Source of the DNA: Octopus sinensis
Taxonomy: Eukaryota
DNA length: 20,862 nt
NCBI RefSeq assembly: GCF_006345805.1
Contig: NW_021823885.1
Span: forward strand, 1-20,862
Reading direction: 5' to 3'
Notes under the pieces: model-generated
Told to the model about the DNA's origin: nothing
Seen by the model: only the letters and a program-made list of their open reading frames with translations
Databases searched by the model: none
Made by a program: the position numbers and the translations under genes
Shown: positions 8,070 to 17,442 of the stretch, one piece after another
How positions within the stretch are numbered: the stretch's first letter is position 1
Layout of the letters: each line of letters starts with the position of its first letter

Positions 8070-8929
8070 ATTTATATAAATAAGGATAAGATTGATATTT
8101 AAATACCAATCTTATCAGGTGGCCAGTATGAGAATAAAAACCTTTCAAAGGTAATAATTATTTAAAATTATAATTTAGGGTAGCTAAGAGATACTGCCAC
8201 ACTGGAAATAACAGTCAAAAATTGACTCTGAAACCACATTAAATGTTCATACAGCACCAGGAGAGAAGACAAAAAGGCAAAATAAACTAGCAAAAAAATT
8301 ACTGGATAATTCCTATATATTTCTGTATGCTAAATTTTCTAAATTTTTCATTGCGCTGCTTGGTTCGTTAGGCATGTGCATGTGTGAGTGTGTGTCATAG
8401 AACAGTTCAAGAACCAAATCTATATTTAGCAAATCCATTAACACCAAGCTCTTCAAAGACAATGAACAATGTCAACAAGTCCTGTTAATGCCAAGCCTGT
8501 CACAAACATTTACAAGTCCCAGCAAATTCCATTATTGGCAAGCCTTTCAAAGAAGTCACTCAAGTGTGGAGAACAAAGACCATACAAGGTATAGAGCAAA
8601 GACAACATCAACCATATCAATGTCACTGGTCAGGAAGTGCAGGAAGGGTTGTAAAGACCATGGATACAGCCCTTACTCCAGATTAAATTATAAAAACAGA
8701 AAAAGACTTGTATTTCTCATAATAAAAGGAATATAAATAAAATATCAGATTTGGCTGTTGTTTGTTTCCCAGCAGGTTGTTTGTTATTACTGTTGTTCTT
8801 TTTGAGAATGATTGGTGGTGGTTGTTATTTGATCATTTAGTAGATCTCTCTCTCTCTCTCTCTCTCTCTCTACCTATCTATCTATTTCTCAGGCCAGGTA
8901 ACCATGTACCTCCTTCACAGCAAGACACC

Positions 8930-9140
8930 TGTTTCTGCCTCTCTGTCTCTCTCTGTCATGTGTTCTAACTGTTCATCATCTGGCACAATATCACCTCCAC
9001 CAATGTCCCCTCCCCTCTCAGAGATTCCTTGTCTTGCAAGTTACTTGATGACCCTGCCTGTGCTGGTGCCACACAAAAGGCATTCAATCCACTCTGTGGG
9101 GTGGTTGGTGTTAGGGAGGACATCCAGCCATAAAAAGGAG
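8930..9140 (+). mobile_element. Diverged RTE-tail family fragment
   Basis: CTTGCAAGTTACTTGATGACCCTG...GGTGCCAC...GGTTGGTGTTAGGGAGGACATCCAGCCATAAAA matches the reverse complement of 11060-11190. Confidence 0.6.
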
Positions 9141-9229
9141 GCAGTTTGGATATAAAACAGGTAAAATATTTTGGCCTGATATGGTCAGTTTGAATGCTAA
9201 ATGGTCAGAGATTCTAAGTGTGACTGTCA

Positions 9230-9500
9230 TTCCCAAGTGTGATCAACTAAGACTATGGACATTATCCGACTGTCTCACTCTTGGTCTGCTCCTAGGTTTC
9301 CTGCCAGTCATAGGATAGTGTCCTCAGGCACATCCTCCATAAGGCAACTGTCATTGCACTTCCCGGTTGGATTCCCAAGAATAACCAACTGAGACTATGG
9401 ATCTTATCCAACCATCACCTTCTTGGTCTACCCCACTAGATCTGTCAGCTGTCATGGCATGAAGAATCCATCTTGCGATTCTTTCCTGGTTGTTCTAATA
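9230..9500 (-). pseudogene. Decayed RTE-clade (Expander/Rex3-like) LINE ORF2 C-terminus, present as two diverged tandem pieces (period about 142 nt)
   Basis: Minus strand translates to GRPRR*WLDKIHSLSWLFLGIQPG and again KPRSRPRVRQSDNVHSLS*SHLG, resembling the RTE motif RGRPRTRWxDxI..LxWxxLGI. In-frame stops present. Confidence 0.6.
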
Positions 9501-9566
9501 CAGTTAAATACAAGAAAAAGCACATCTTATACATCAGGAAACATGACAGATTGCAGAAAAGCCATA

Positions 9567-9960
9567 TCTTTATATATAAAAGTAAGGTTGTGTGTCTGTC
9601 TCCTACGATTTAGATTCCTAACTACTCCCACATTTTGCGGTGCAGTTTAACCAAAACCGGGTATCTTATAGTCGTGATTCATATCGAGCCCTTCAGGGTA
9701 TTAGCGCGCGTCTACGATGAGTCTACGATTTAAAAATAAATTTAACAATTTTCCGCACTTTTAATGCATTTTCGCTCAGTTTATATAAGGGAAGTAACTC
9801 TCTAAAAATGTATTATTAAATCTCAGAACGTAAAAAAGTTACAGTAACACCTCCCTTTGTGGTTAACCATATTGAGATGGCTATTATACTTTACATCTCT
9901 AAAAATGCTTATATAGTTATTTCCCTTACAAACCCGAGCAACGCCGGGCAATACTGCTAG
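9567..9960 (+). mobile_element. Non-autonomous Helitron H1, long form (394 bp)
   Basis: A|TCTTTATATATAAAAG at 9566/9567 and CCCGAGCAACGCCGGG...CTAG|T at 9957-9961. Colinear with 1959-2351. Confidence 0.9.
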
Positions 9961-10351
9961 TTAGTCATAAAAACAAAAAAATATACAAAATACTGTTAAA
10001 TTCTTTGAGATATCGAAATTTTCATCTCACAACTGAAAAATTGGTCGTTGAGAGGAGTTCTCTACAAAAATGGTTATAATGGTTCTTTGATGATCTAATT
10101 GCTTCAGTCATCACATACAGTTTAAGATCAAATCACAGTTTCAATGCAGAGTGTCAGATCATATCACCAGTACAACTCCAAGATATATTTACCGAAATCA
10201 CAGCAAGAATTGCTTTGTTTCCTTCTCTTTACTCTAATTCCTCAACAATGTCTTCTCAGACCAGATAAGAGACGATCGGCGAAGTGTTTATAACTTGTCT
10301 TTAGACAGACCAATACACATTATCTTGAGATGCGATCAATGTTAACTTGCA

Positions 10352-10376
10352 CCCCCACCCCACCCCACCCCACCCC
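10352..10376 (-). other. (GGGGT)n G-quadruplex-forming motif
   Basis: Five runs of 4-5 C on the + strand separated by single A. Confidence 0.7.
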
Positions 10377-10702
10377 GTCTCCCTCAACCAAAAAAAAAAA
10401 GATAGCTGACAGTTAATATATTAGTCAATTTGGGAAAATGAAACAAATATTATTCACAGAAACCTAAGAAAATTATACCTGACTATATTGATAAATCTCT
10501 CTCTCTCTCTCTCCCCTTCTCTCACTCTGCATTACTCACTCTTTAGTAAATCTCATTAGCTATATAGCTCAATTGTGCTCTCCCTCTATCTATCTACATA
10601 TTTCTATACATTTCTATCTCATCAGTCTCTTCCAACAAAGAGCACACGGCTTGGAAAAGCTGTATTTCTTAGAATTCACAGAAAGTCAGTTTTGAACTAT
10701 GT

Positions 10703-11320
10703 CATCATCATCATCATCATCCACGTCATCATTTAACATCCATTTTCCATGCTAACCATTTTCATACCAACCTGCCTGAAACCATTGAAATTCCCAGTTT
10801 TAAAGAGATCTAAATTAAAACCTTTACATCAAAATTTCATGTGAATTTATGTTCCAAACACCTGCTTTGGAGACAAACACTTTCCTCTCTGGTCAATCTC
10901 TCATCAACTTCTTCAAGTATCACTTGAAAAGGAAAGTGAGAGTAGAGAGGCAAGATTTGTCTAGGGAATGTTTCAAAAAAAGATGGGTGAATGTAGCAAG
11001 GATGGCACGTATTTGACAGGAGCTGGCAAAGACATGGGTTGTACCGGGCTCTATTGTCTGTTTTGGCATGGTTTCTGTGGCTCAATGCTCTTCCTAATGT
11101 CAACCACTTTACAAAGTGTACTGGGTGCTTTTTTTTCTTTTTATGTGGCACCAGCACGGACAGGGTCACCAAGTAACTTGCAAGACAATAATCCCTCTAC
11201 TGGAAGTGGAGAGTAGTACTGAGAGAGGTGGCTTTGAGTCGGATTGATGAGAGTTCACAAGTATAGAGGGATAGAGATAGGTGCCTTTCTGTAGAGGAGA
11301 TACATGGATAAGTGCACGTG
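10703..11320 (-). mobile_element. RTE-tail family element split by a 259-bp insertion (10753-11011)
   Basis: (TCA)n tail and TTTAACATCCATTTTCCATGCTA lie left of the insert and TTTGACAGGAGCTGGC resumes on the right. In the copy at 12920-12980 these are contiguous except for about 15 nt missing here. Confidence 0.7.
10753..11012 (+). mobile_element. MITE-B left end fused to an L1/Tx1-like 3' fragment; second copy of 442-654
   Basis: 10800-11012 aligns to 442-654, including the CACCTGCTT(C/T)|GGAGACAAACAC junction. Confidence 0.85.
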
Positions 11321-11324
11321 TGTG

Positions 11325-11480
11325 TGTGTGTGTGGCTAAGAAGCTTGTTTTGTGCAGCTATGTGGTTTCAGGTTCAGTCCCTCCGCATGGCAACTTGGGC
11401 AAATATCTTCCAACATAATCCCAGGATGGCCAAAGTCTTGTGAATGAATCTGATTGACAGAAACTGAAAGAAGTTTCTTG
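11325..11480 (+). mobile_element. Degraded S1 SINE 5' half
   Basis: GGTTCAGTCCC B-box, CTTGGGCAAAT CORE-like segment and AAACTGAAAGAAG match 1070-1230. Confidence 0.65.
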
Positions 11481-11561
11481 TTTACATATCTCCTTGCCTT
11501 CACATCACCATACAGATTGTAAACCAAGTTACCACTTGAGCAAAAACGGTATCCTTTGTTT

Positions 11562-11978
11562 GAAGGCGGCGAGCTGGCAGAAACGTTAGCACACCGGATG
11601 AAATGCTTAGCGGTATTTCGTCTGTTGTTACGTTGTGAGTTCAAATTCTGCCAAGGTTGACTTTGCCTTTCATCCTTTCGGGGTTGATAAATTAAGTACC
11701 AGTTCCGCACTGGGGTCGATGTAATCGACTTAATACCTATGTCTGTCCTTGTTTGTCCCCTCTATGTTTAGCCCCTTGTGGGTAATAAAGAAATAGGTAT
11801 TTCGTCTGCGTTACGTTGTGAGTTCAAATTCTGCCGAGGTTAACTTTGCCTTTCATCCTTTCGAGGTCGATAAATTAAGTACCAGTTCCGCACTGGGGTC
11901 GATGTAATCAACTTAATACCTATGTCTGTCCTTGTTTGTCCCCTCTATGTTTAGCCCCTTGTGGGTAATAAAGAAATA
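11562..11978 (+). mobile_element. SINE S2 dimer (head + unit + unit) with 14-bp target-site duplication
   Basis: GGTATCCTTTGTTT at 11548-11561 and 11979-11992. The second unit restarts at GGTATTTCGTCTG at about 11797. Confidence 0.9.
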
Positions 11979-11999
11979 GGTATCCTTTGTTTACAGTTT

Positions 12000-12180
12000 T
12001 CCATGAGTAACATATCTGACTGTGGAGAAATGTTACTTTGCTGGGAAACAGGTGAGGGTTGGTGACAGGAAGGACATCCAGCCACAGAAAATGGGTCTTA
12101 ATCTCATCTTATCTATGCAAGCATTAAAAAAAATAGTCACTGAAGCTATGATGATGATGATGATGATAATGATGACATCA
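12000..12180 (+). mobile_element. Old RTE-tail family element with (TGA)n tail
   Basis: GAGGGTTGGTGACAGGAAGGACATCCAGCCACAGAAAA...TGATGATGA; similar to 13720-13950. Confidence 0.55.
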
Positions 12181-12251
12181 CTGCCCAACCACTTGACTCT
12201 AATATTCCTTCTCTTTCACTGCTTATTCTGTCTCACTACCTTCATAATCCA

Positions 12252-12253
<2 letters not shown>

Positions 12254-12312
<59 letters not shown>
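12254..12312. repeat. (CT)n microsatellite
   Basis: Direct inspection. Confidence 0.97.
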
Positions 12313-12318
<6 letters not shown>

Positions 12319-12412
12319 CACACACACAAGTCATATATGTGTATGTGTCTTGTGAGTTATCTAGTGATTGTATCAGTTCTGCTCTCACATAAAAACCACC
12401 CACTATTTTCTT

Positions 12413-12826
12413 ATTTCTTTACTACCCACAAGGGGCTACACATAGCGGGGGGACAAACAAGGACAGACAAACGGATTAAGTCGATTATATCGACCCCAGT
12501 GCGTAACTGGTACTTATTTAGTCGACCCCAAAAGGATGAAAGGCAAAGTCGACCTCGGCGGAATTTGAACTCAGAACGTAACGGCAGACGAAATACCTAT
12601 TTCTTTACTACCCACAAGGGGCTACACATAGAGGGGGGACAAACAAGGACAAACGGATTAAGTCGATTATATCGACCCCAGTGCGTAACTGGTACTTATT
12701 TAGTCGACCCCGAAAGGATGAAAGGCAAAGTCGACCTCGGTTGAATTTTAACTCAGAACGTAGCGGCAGACGAAATACCGATAAGCATTTTGCATGGCGT
12801 GCTATTGTTTCTGCCAGCTTGCCACC
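12413..12826 (-). mobile_element. SINE S2 dimer (head + unit + unit), minus strand, with target-site duplication
   Basis: CCACCCACTATTTTCT occurs at both flanks (about 12397-12412 and 12822-12837; the latter overlaps the element head). Unit junction GAAATACC|TATTTCTTT at about 12597. Confidence 0.88.
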
Positions 12827-12837
12827 CACTATTTTCT

Positions 12838-12982
12838 GTAGAGTAGTGCACATTAAGAAGAGCATCCAGCTGTAGAAACAAAGCAGAGATTGGAGCTCAT
12901 TGCAGTCCTCTTTATTGCCACTCCTGTCAAACTGTTCAACCTATGCCAGCATGAAAACAGACATTAAATAACGATGATGATA
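12838..12982 (+). mobile_element. RTE-tail family 3' fragment
   Basis: AAGAAGAGCATCCAGCTGTAGAAAC...GCCAGCATGAAAACAGACATTAAATAACGATGATGA. Confidence 0.65.
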
Positions 12983-13287
12983 TCTTTATATATAAAATTG
13001 AAGTTGTGTGTGTGAGAATCTGTCTCCTACGATTTAGATTCCTAACTACTCCCACATTTTGCGGTGCAGTTTAACCAAAAGCAGGTATCTTATAGTTGCG
13101 ATTCATATTGAGCCCTTCTGGGTATTAGCGCACGTCTACGATGAGTCTACAATTAAAAAAAAAATTTACCATCATTTTCTCCCATTTTTAATGCATTTTT
13201 TGCTTGGTTTAAGTGAAGTAACTCTCTAAAAATGCTTATATAGTTATTTCCCTTACAAACCCGAGCAACACCGGGCGATACTGCTAG
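12983..13287 (+). mobile_element. Non-autonomous Helitron H1, short form (305 bp)
   Basis: A|TC at 12982/12983 and hairpin + CTAG|T at 13284-13288. Lacks the segment between the two CTCTAAAAATG repeats of the long form. Confidence 0.88.
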
Positions 13288-13329
13288 TATGATTTAATTG
13301 CATTATTTAATCATACATCATCCACTTAT

Positions 13330-13950
13330 AGAAGAAGGTAATGTGTCAGCAAGTGTAGAATGGTGAAGGATATGAACAGATAGATGGACACCAGCATGGA
13401 GAGGAACCATGAGAGTTGATTCGAGCAATGGAACCTGCTTCAGAAGATACGTCAAGCAAAGTGAAATTGTAGATGTAGCCAGTGACACATGAAAGGCATC
13501 GATGTCGGTGACATGTAATAAAAACCAGGCACACTCTGTGGAGTGGTTGGTATTAAGAAGGGTATCCAGCCGTAGAAACCATGCCAAAACAGACTGGACC
13601 CTAGTACAGCTACCTGGCTTTCCATCCCCATTTAAACTGTCTAGCCCATGCCAGCATGGAAAATGGATGCTAAACGATGATGATGATGATATATTTGTGT
13701 GTACTCTTGTCTGACATATGCAATGATTGTAAATGAGCATCACTGTTATACAAGTGAGGTTGTTTGTTTCCACGTCTTCCATGGAAAACAAATCTGGTTA
13801 TCACAAAATACTTTGCGTTGGAAATATGCGAGGGTTGGCAACAGGAAGAACATTCAGCCGTAAAAGATCTGCCTCAACAGATTCCATCTGACCCATGCAA
13901 GCATAGAAGAGGGAACATTAAGTGATGACAATGATGATGATGATGATATC
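13330..13950 (+). mobile_element. Two consecutive RTE-tail family elements (about 13330-13690 and 13720-13950), each ending in (TGA)n
   Basis: GGTTGGTATTAAGAAGGGTATCCAGCCGTAGAAACC...GCATGGAAAATGGATGCTAAACGATGATGA and GGGTTGGCAACAGGAAGAACATTCAGCCGTAAAA...TGATGATGA. Confidence 0.65.
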
Positions 13951-14261
13951 CTCATTCTGTGTGTGTGTGTGTGTGTGTATACGCATGCACGTTCATGGGA
14001 GTGCAGACTGCAAAATGAATGTCTCTGGAAAAGAAAAATACAATAAACTAAGAGATAATGAGAAATGGACACGGAGAAAGCAATAAATCTCCGAGTTTGT
14101 GGAGTTCTGTTCTATCTAGCAATTTCAAAACAACTTGCACATGTCTCCTGAACAAATAGGCACTTACCTACCCACTCAGCCTCCACACAACAGTTGGAGC
14201 CAATGAGAAACTGAAGCTACATAAGATTAGCCACACTGACATCTGTAACATTAATAAGTGG

Positions 14262-14890
14262 TACGACGATGATGGCAAAAGTGATAATAGCAATGTGATG
14301 ATGATGATGATGATGATATCTGTGAAATAGTAATGAGAATGATGATCGTTATGATGATGATGACAATGATGACTGATGTTTGTGGAGAGAGAGATGATGA
14401 TTGTGGTAGTGGTACTGATGATGATGACAACGATGATGATGGTGATGGTAGTAATGATTCTGGTGGTTATAGCTGTTGGTGGTGGCATTGGTGGTTGTGG
14501 TGGTAGTGGTGATGGTAGTGACTGATGTTCTTGACGATGATTATGATGGTGGTGATGATGATGTTCATGATAATGAATGTGGAGGTGGTGCTGGTGATTA
14601 TGGTGGTAGTTGTGGCGATGATCAGTGATATTCATGACGATGATTGTGGTGATGGTGATGATGTTCGCGACGATGATTATGATGGTAGTGATGATTTTGA
14701 TGATGATGATGATGATGATGATGGTGAAGAACATAATTATTCTTTTACTAGTTTTAGTCATTGGGCAGCAGCCATGTTGGGTTACTACCCTCAGACGATG
14801 ACGGTGGTGATGATGATGACAGTGATGATAATGATCATGAAAGTAATATTAACACCAGGGGATGATGATGAAGATTACGGTGACAATTAT
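14262..14890. repeat. Degenerate (GAT)n/(GGT)n low-complexity region containing a small S1-tail-like fragment at about 14741-14790
   Basis: Direct inspection. TTTTACTAGTTTTAGTCATTGGGCAGCAGCCATG resembles TTACTTGTTTCAGTCATTTTGACTGTGGCCATG at about 18731. Confidence 0.85.
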
Positions 14891-15427
14891 ACTTAAGACT
14901 ACACACATAAAACATTTTTGGAATAAATAATTTTCCAGAAATCATTCATGGATGTGATAATTTTTATTTTATTTTTGTCACATATTTTGTAGGTTTTATT
15001 TTTTTCCTCTCTATTTTTTTTTTAATTTTCCTTTATTTTTTCATTTTCATCTTTTCCTTTCAACATGATATAACCGACCATCATTTCAGAGGCGTGTTAA
15101 TTTACAATGCTTTACAAACTCTTTTTTTTTTTTCATATAGTTTTTGTTTCTCTTTTGTTGTTGTTTTGCAAGGGAGTTTTTTTTTTGTTGTTGTTGTTAT
15201 TTTTGGCTTTGTTTGCTTGTTTGAAGTTCGACTAAGAAACGAAAGCTGTGGCGAAATAATAAACCTATGAGAGGCAAGAGGGAAAGTCAATGAGGGAGGA
15301 GCATGTGTGTGTGTGTGTGTGTGTATGTGTGCAGGTGGGTGAGTGGGGGGAGAATGAGAGAATTTAGAAAAACAACAACAAAAGCACTATTTTAATCATT
15401 TTCAGAATATTAAAGATGTAGGGAAGT

Positions 15428-15497
15428 TTATATATATGTGTGTATGTGTATGTATATATATATAAATAAATATAGATATATAAATATATATAAATAT

Positions 15498-15531
<34 letters not shown>

Positions 15532-15640
15532 TTATACATATATATATATATTTATACATATACATATACATACATATAGATGTATATCTACATATATAGA
15601 GTATAAATATACATAAATGTATATATAAATACATGTATAT
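15428..15640. repeat. TA-rich compound microsatellite
   Basis: Direct inspection. Confidence 0.93.
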
Positions 15641-15724
15641 GAATCGCATCTAAAAAAAATGAAAAAAATGCTAAATTCTAAATTCTTTCTATTTTCATTC
15701 TATTATTTATTTACTTTGCTTTTA

Positions 15725-15759
<35 letters not shown>

Positions 15760-16411
15760 GTTTGTTTGTTGTTTCTTGTAGTTTTTGAAAATTCACAAAT
15801 AATAAATATAAATATTTCTCAAAACATGTCAGTAGAAAAGTGTGGTCTTGAAAGGAGAATTGAAAAATGTGTTTGCATCCTTTTATTTCGTTATTTGTAT
15901 TTTTATTTTCTTTCTATTTTTTTATTTTTTTATCATGTCAATTGAGGTTTGAAAATTTTGGTTTTAATTGTTTTTTCTCTTTGTTTATTATTATTATTGT
16001 TATTGTTATTATTATTATTTATTTTGTTCTTTTTGATGATATTTTTGTATTTTTCATTCATTTGTTGTTTTTTTTTCGTTTTTATATATATATATATTTT
16101 TTTTTTATTCTCTCGATTAACATGGGAAAATTTCTAAGATGCCATACAAGGCATATCAAAAGTATAATTCCTCCAAGTTGCTTAAGACTTTCATTTTGTT
16201 TTTATTGTTTTTTTTTCCTTTTTGAAGTTTTTCCATGGGGAGGTTTTGTTATGACAGATTTAGACATAGTATAAGTTTTGTATGGAATCAGCCCCTTGCC
16301 AATAGCCTATTTTCTCACCTATTCAAATCACATGTATCATAGCTTTTGATATTTGCAGTCTACATTAAATTTGACTCCTCAACACTTCTCCCTTCTTGTT
16401 CTCTCTTTCTA

Positions 16412-16835
16412 ATCATCATCATCATCATCATTTAGCATCCGCTTTCCATGCTAGCATGGGTTGGATGGTTCAACTTGGGTCTGTGAAGCCAGAAGGCTGC
16501 ATCAGGCCCAGTCTGATCTGGCAGTGTTTCTACGGCTGGATGCTCTTCCTAACGCCAACCACTCCGTGAGTGTAGTGGGTGCTTTTTACGTGCCACCCGC
16601 ACAGGTGCCAGACGGAGCTGGCAAACAGCCACGAACGGATGGTGCTTTTACGTGCCACCGGCACGGGGGCCAGGCGAGGCTGGCAACGGCCACACATGGA
16701 TGGTGCTACATGTCACTGGCACGGGCGCCAGGTGAGGCTGGCAACGGACACGAACGGATGGTGCTTTCACGTGCCACCGGCACGGAGGCCAGTTGGGGCA
16801 GCGCTGGCAACGGCCACGATCGGATGGTTCGCTTA
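16412..16835 (-). mobile_element. Young RTE-tail family element with an internal array of ~60-nt GC-rich repeats
   Basis: (TCA)n tail at 16412-16430 and near identity to 83-311. GGATGGTGCT-anchored units start at 16637, 16698, 16756 and 16822. Confidence 0.8.
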
Positions 16836-16934
16836 ACCACAGCTGCAATTTCCATATCATATATATATATATATGTGTGTGTGTGTATATATATATATAT
16901 ATAATATATATATTACTCATACTCTCTCTCTCTC

Positions 16935-17229
16935 TCTTTCACTTGTTTCAGTCATTTGACTGTGGCCATGCTGGAGCACCACCTTTAGTCAAGCAAATTG
17001 ACCCCAGGACTTATTCTTTGTAAGCCTAGTACTTATTCTATTGGTCTCTTATGCCAAACCGCTAAGTTATGGGGACATAAAGACAACAGCATCGGTTGTC
17101 AAGTGATGTTGGGGGGGGGGATAAACACAGGCACATAAACATACACACACATATATATAATATATGCATATATACGACGAGCTTCTTTCAGTTTCCATCT
17201 ACCAAATCCACTCACAAGGCTTTGGTCGG
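16935..17229 (-). mobile_element. S1 SINE 3' part, 5' end replaced by an S2 copy
   Basis: Reverse complement aligns with about 1180-1505, including the internal TA/TG tract. Confidence 0.85.
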
Positions 17230-17442
17230 TGAGCTGGCAGAAACGTTAGCACGCCAGGGGTATTTCGTCTGCCGTTATGTTCTGAGTTCAAATTCCGCTA
17301 AGGTCGACTTTGCCTTTCATCCTTTCGGGGTCGATAAATTAAGTACCAGTTACGCACTGGGGTCGATGTAATCGACTTAATCCCTCTGTCTGTCCTTGTT
17401 TGTCCCCTCTATGTTTAGCCCCTTGTGGGTAATAAAGAAATA
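17230..17442 (+). mobile_element. SINE S2 monomer, slightly 5'-truncated
   Basis: TGAGCTGGCAGAAACGTTAGCAC...GAGTTCAAATTCC...AATAAAGAAATA. Confidence 0.88.

Noticed and set aside
8085-8125. Possible minus-strand hammerhead (CTGATAAG...hairpin)
   Set aside because: No GAAA after the stem and no stem I/III; kept only as a hairpin.
10238-10345. Frame FLNNVFSDQIRDDRRSVYNLSLDRPIHIIL, faintly like a mariner helix-turn-helix region
   Set aside because: Too short, spacing does not match, and there are no terminal inverted repeats or other transposase motifs nearby.
12022-12744. Longest ORF (240 aa)
   Set aside because: Starts at GTG and crosses an RTE-tail element, a (TGA)n tail, a (CT)n run and an antisense S2 dimer, so it is a patchwork of repeats.
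14168-14896. 197-aa and 123-aa ORFs with poly-I/H/T and poly-D/M
   Set aside because: Translations of degenerate (GAT)/(GGT) trinucleotide repeats, interrupted by a SINE-like fragment; no domain structure.
16575-16835. Regularly spaced repeats as a CRISPR-like array
   Set aside because: Eukaryotic context, whole units are homologous with no unique spacers, and there are no cas genes.
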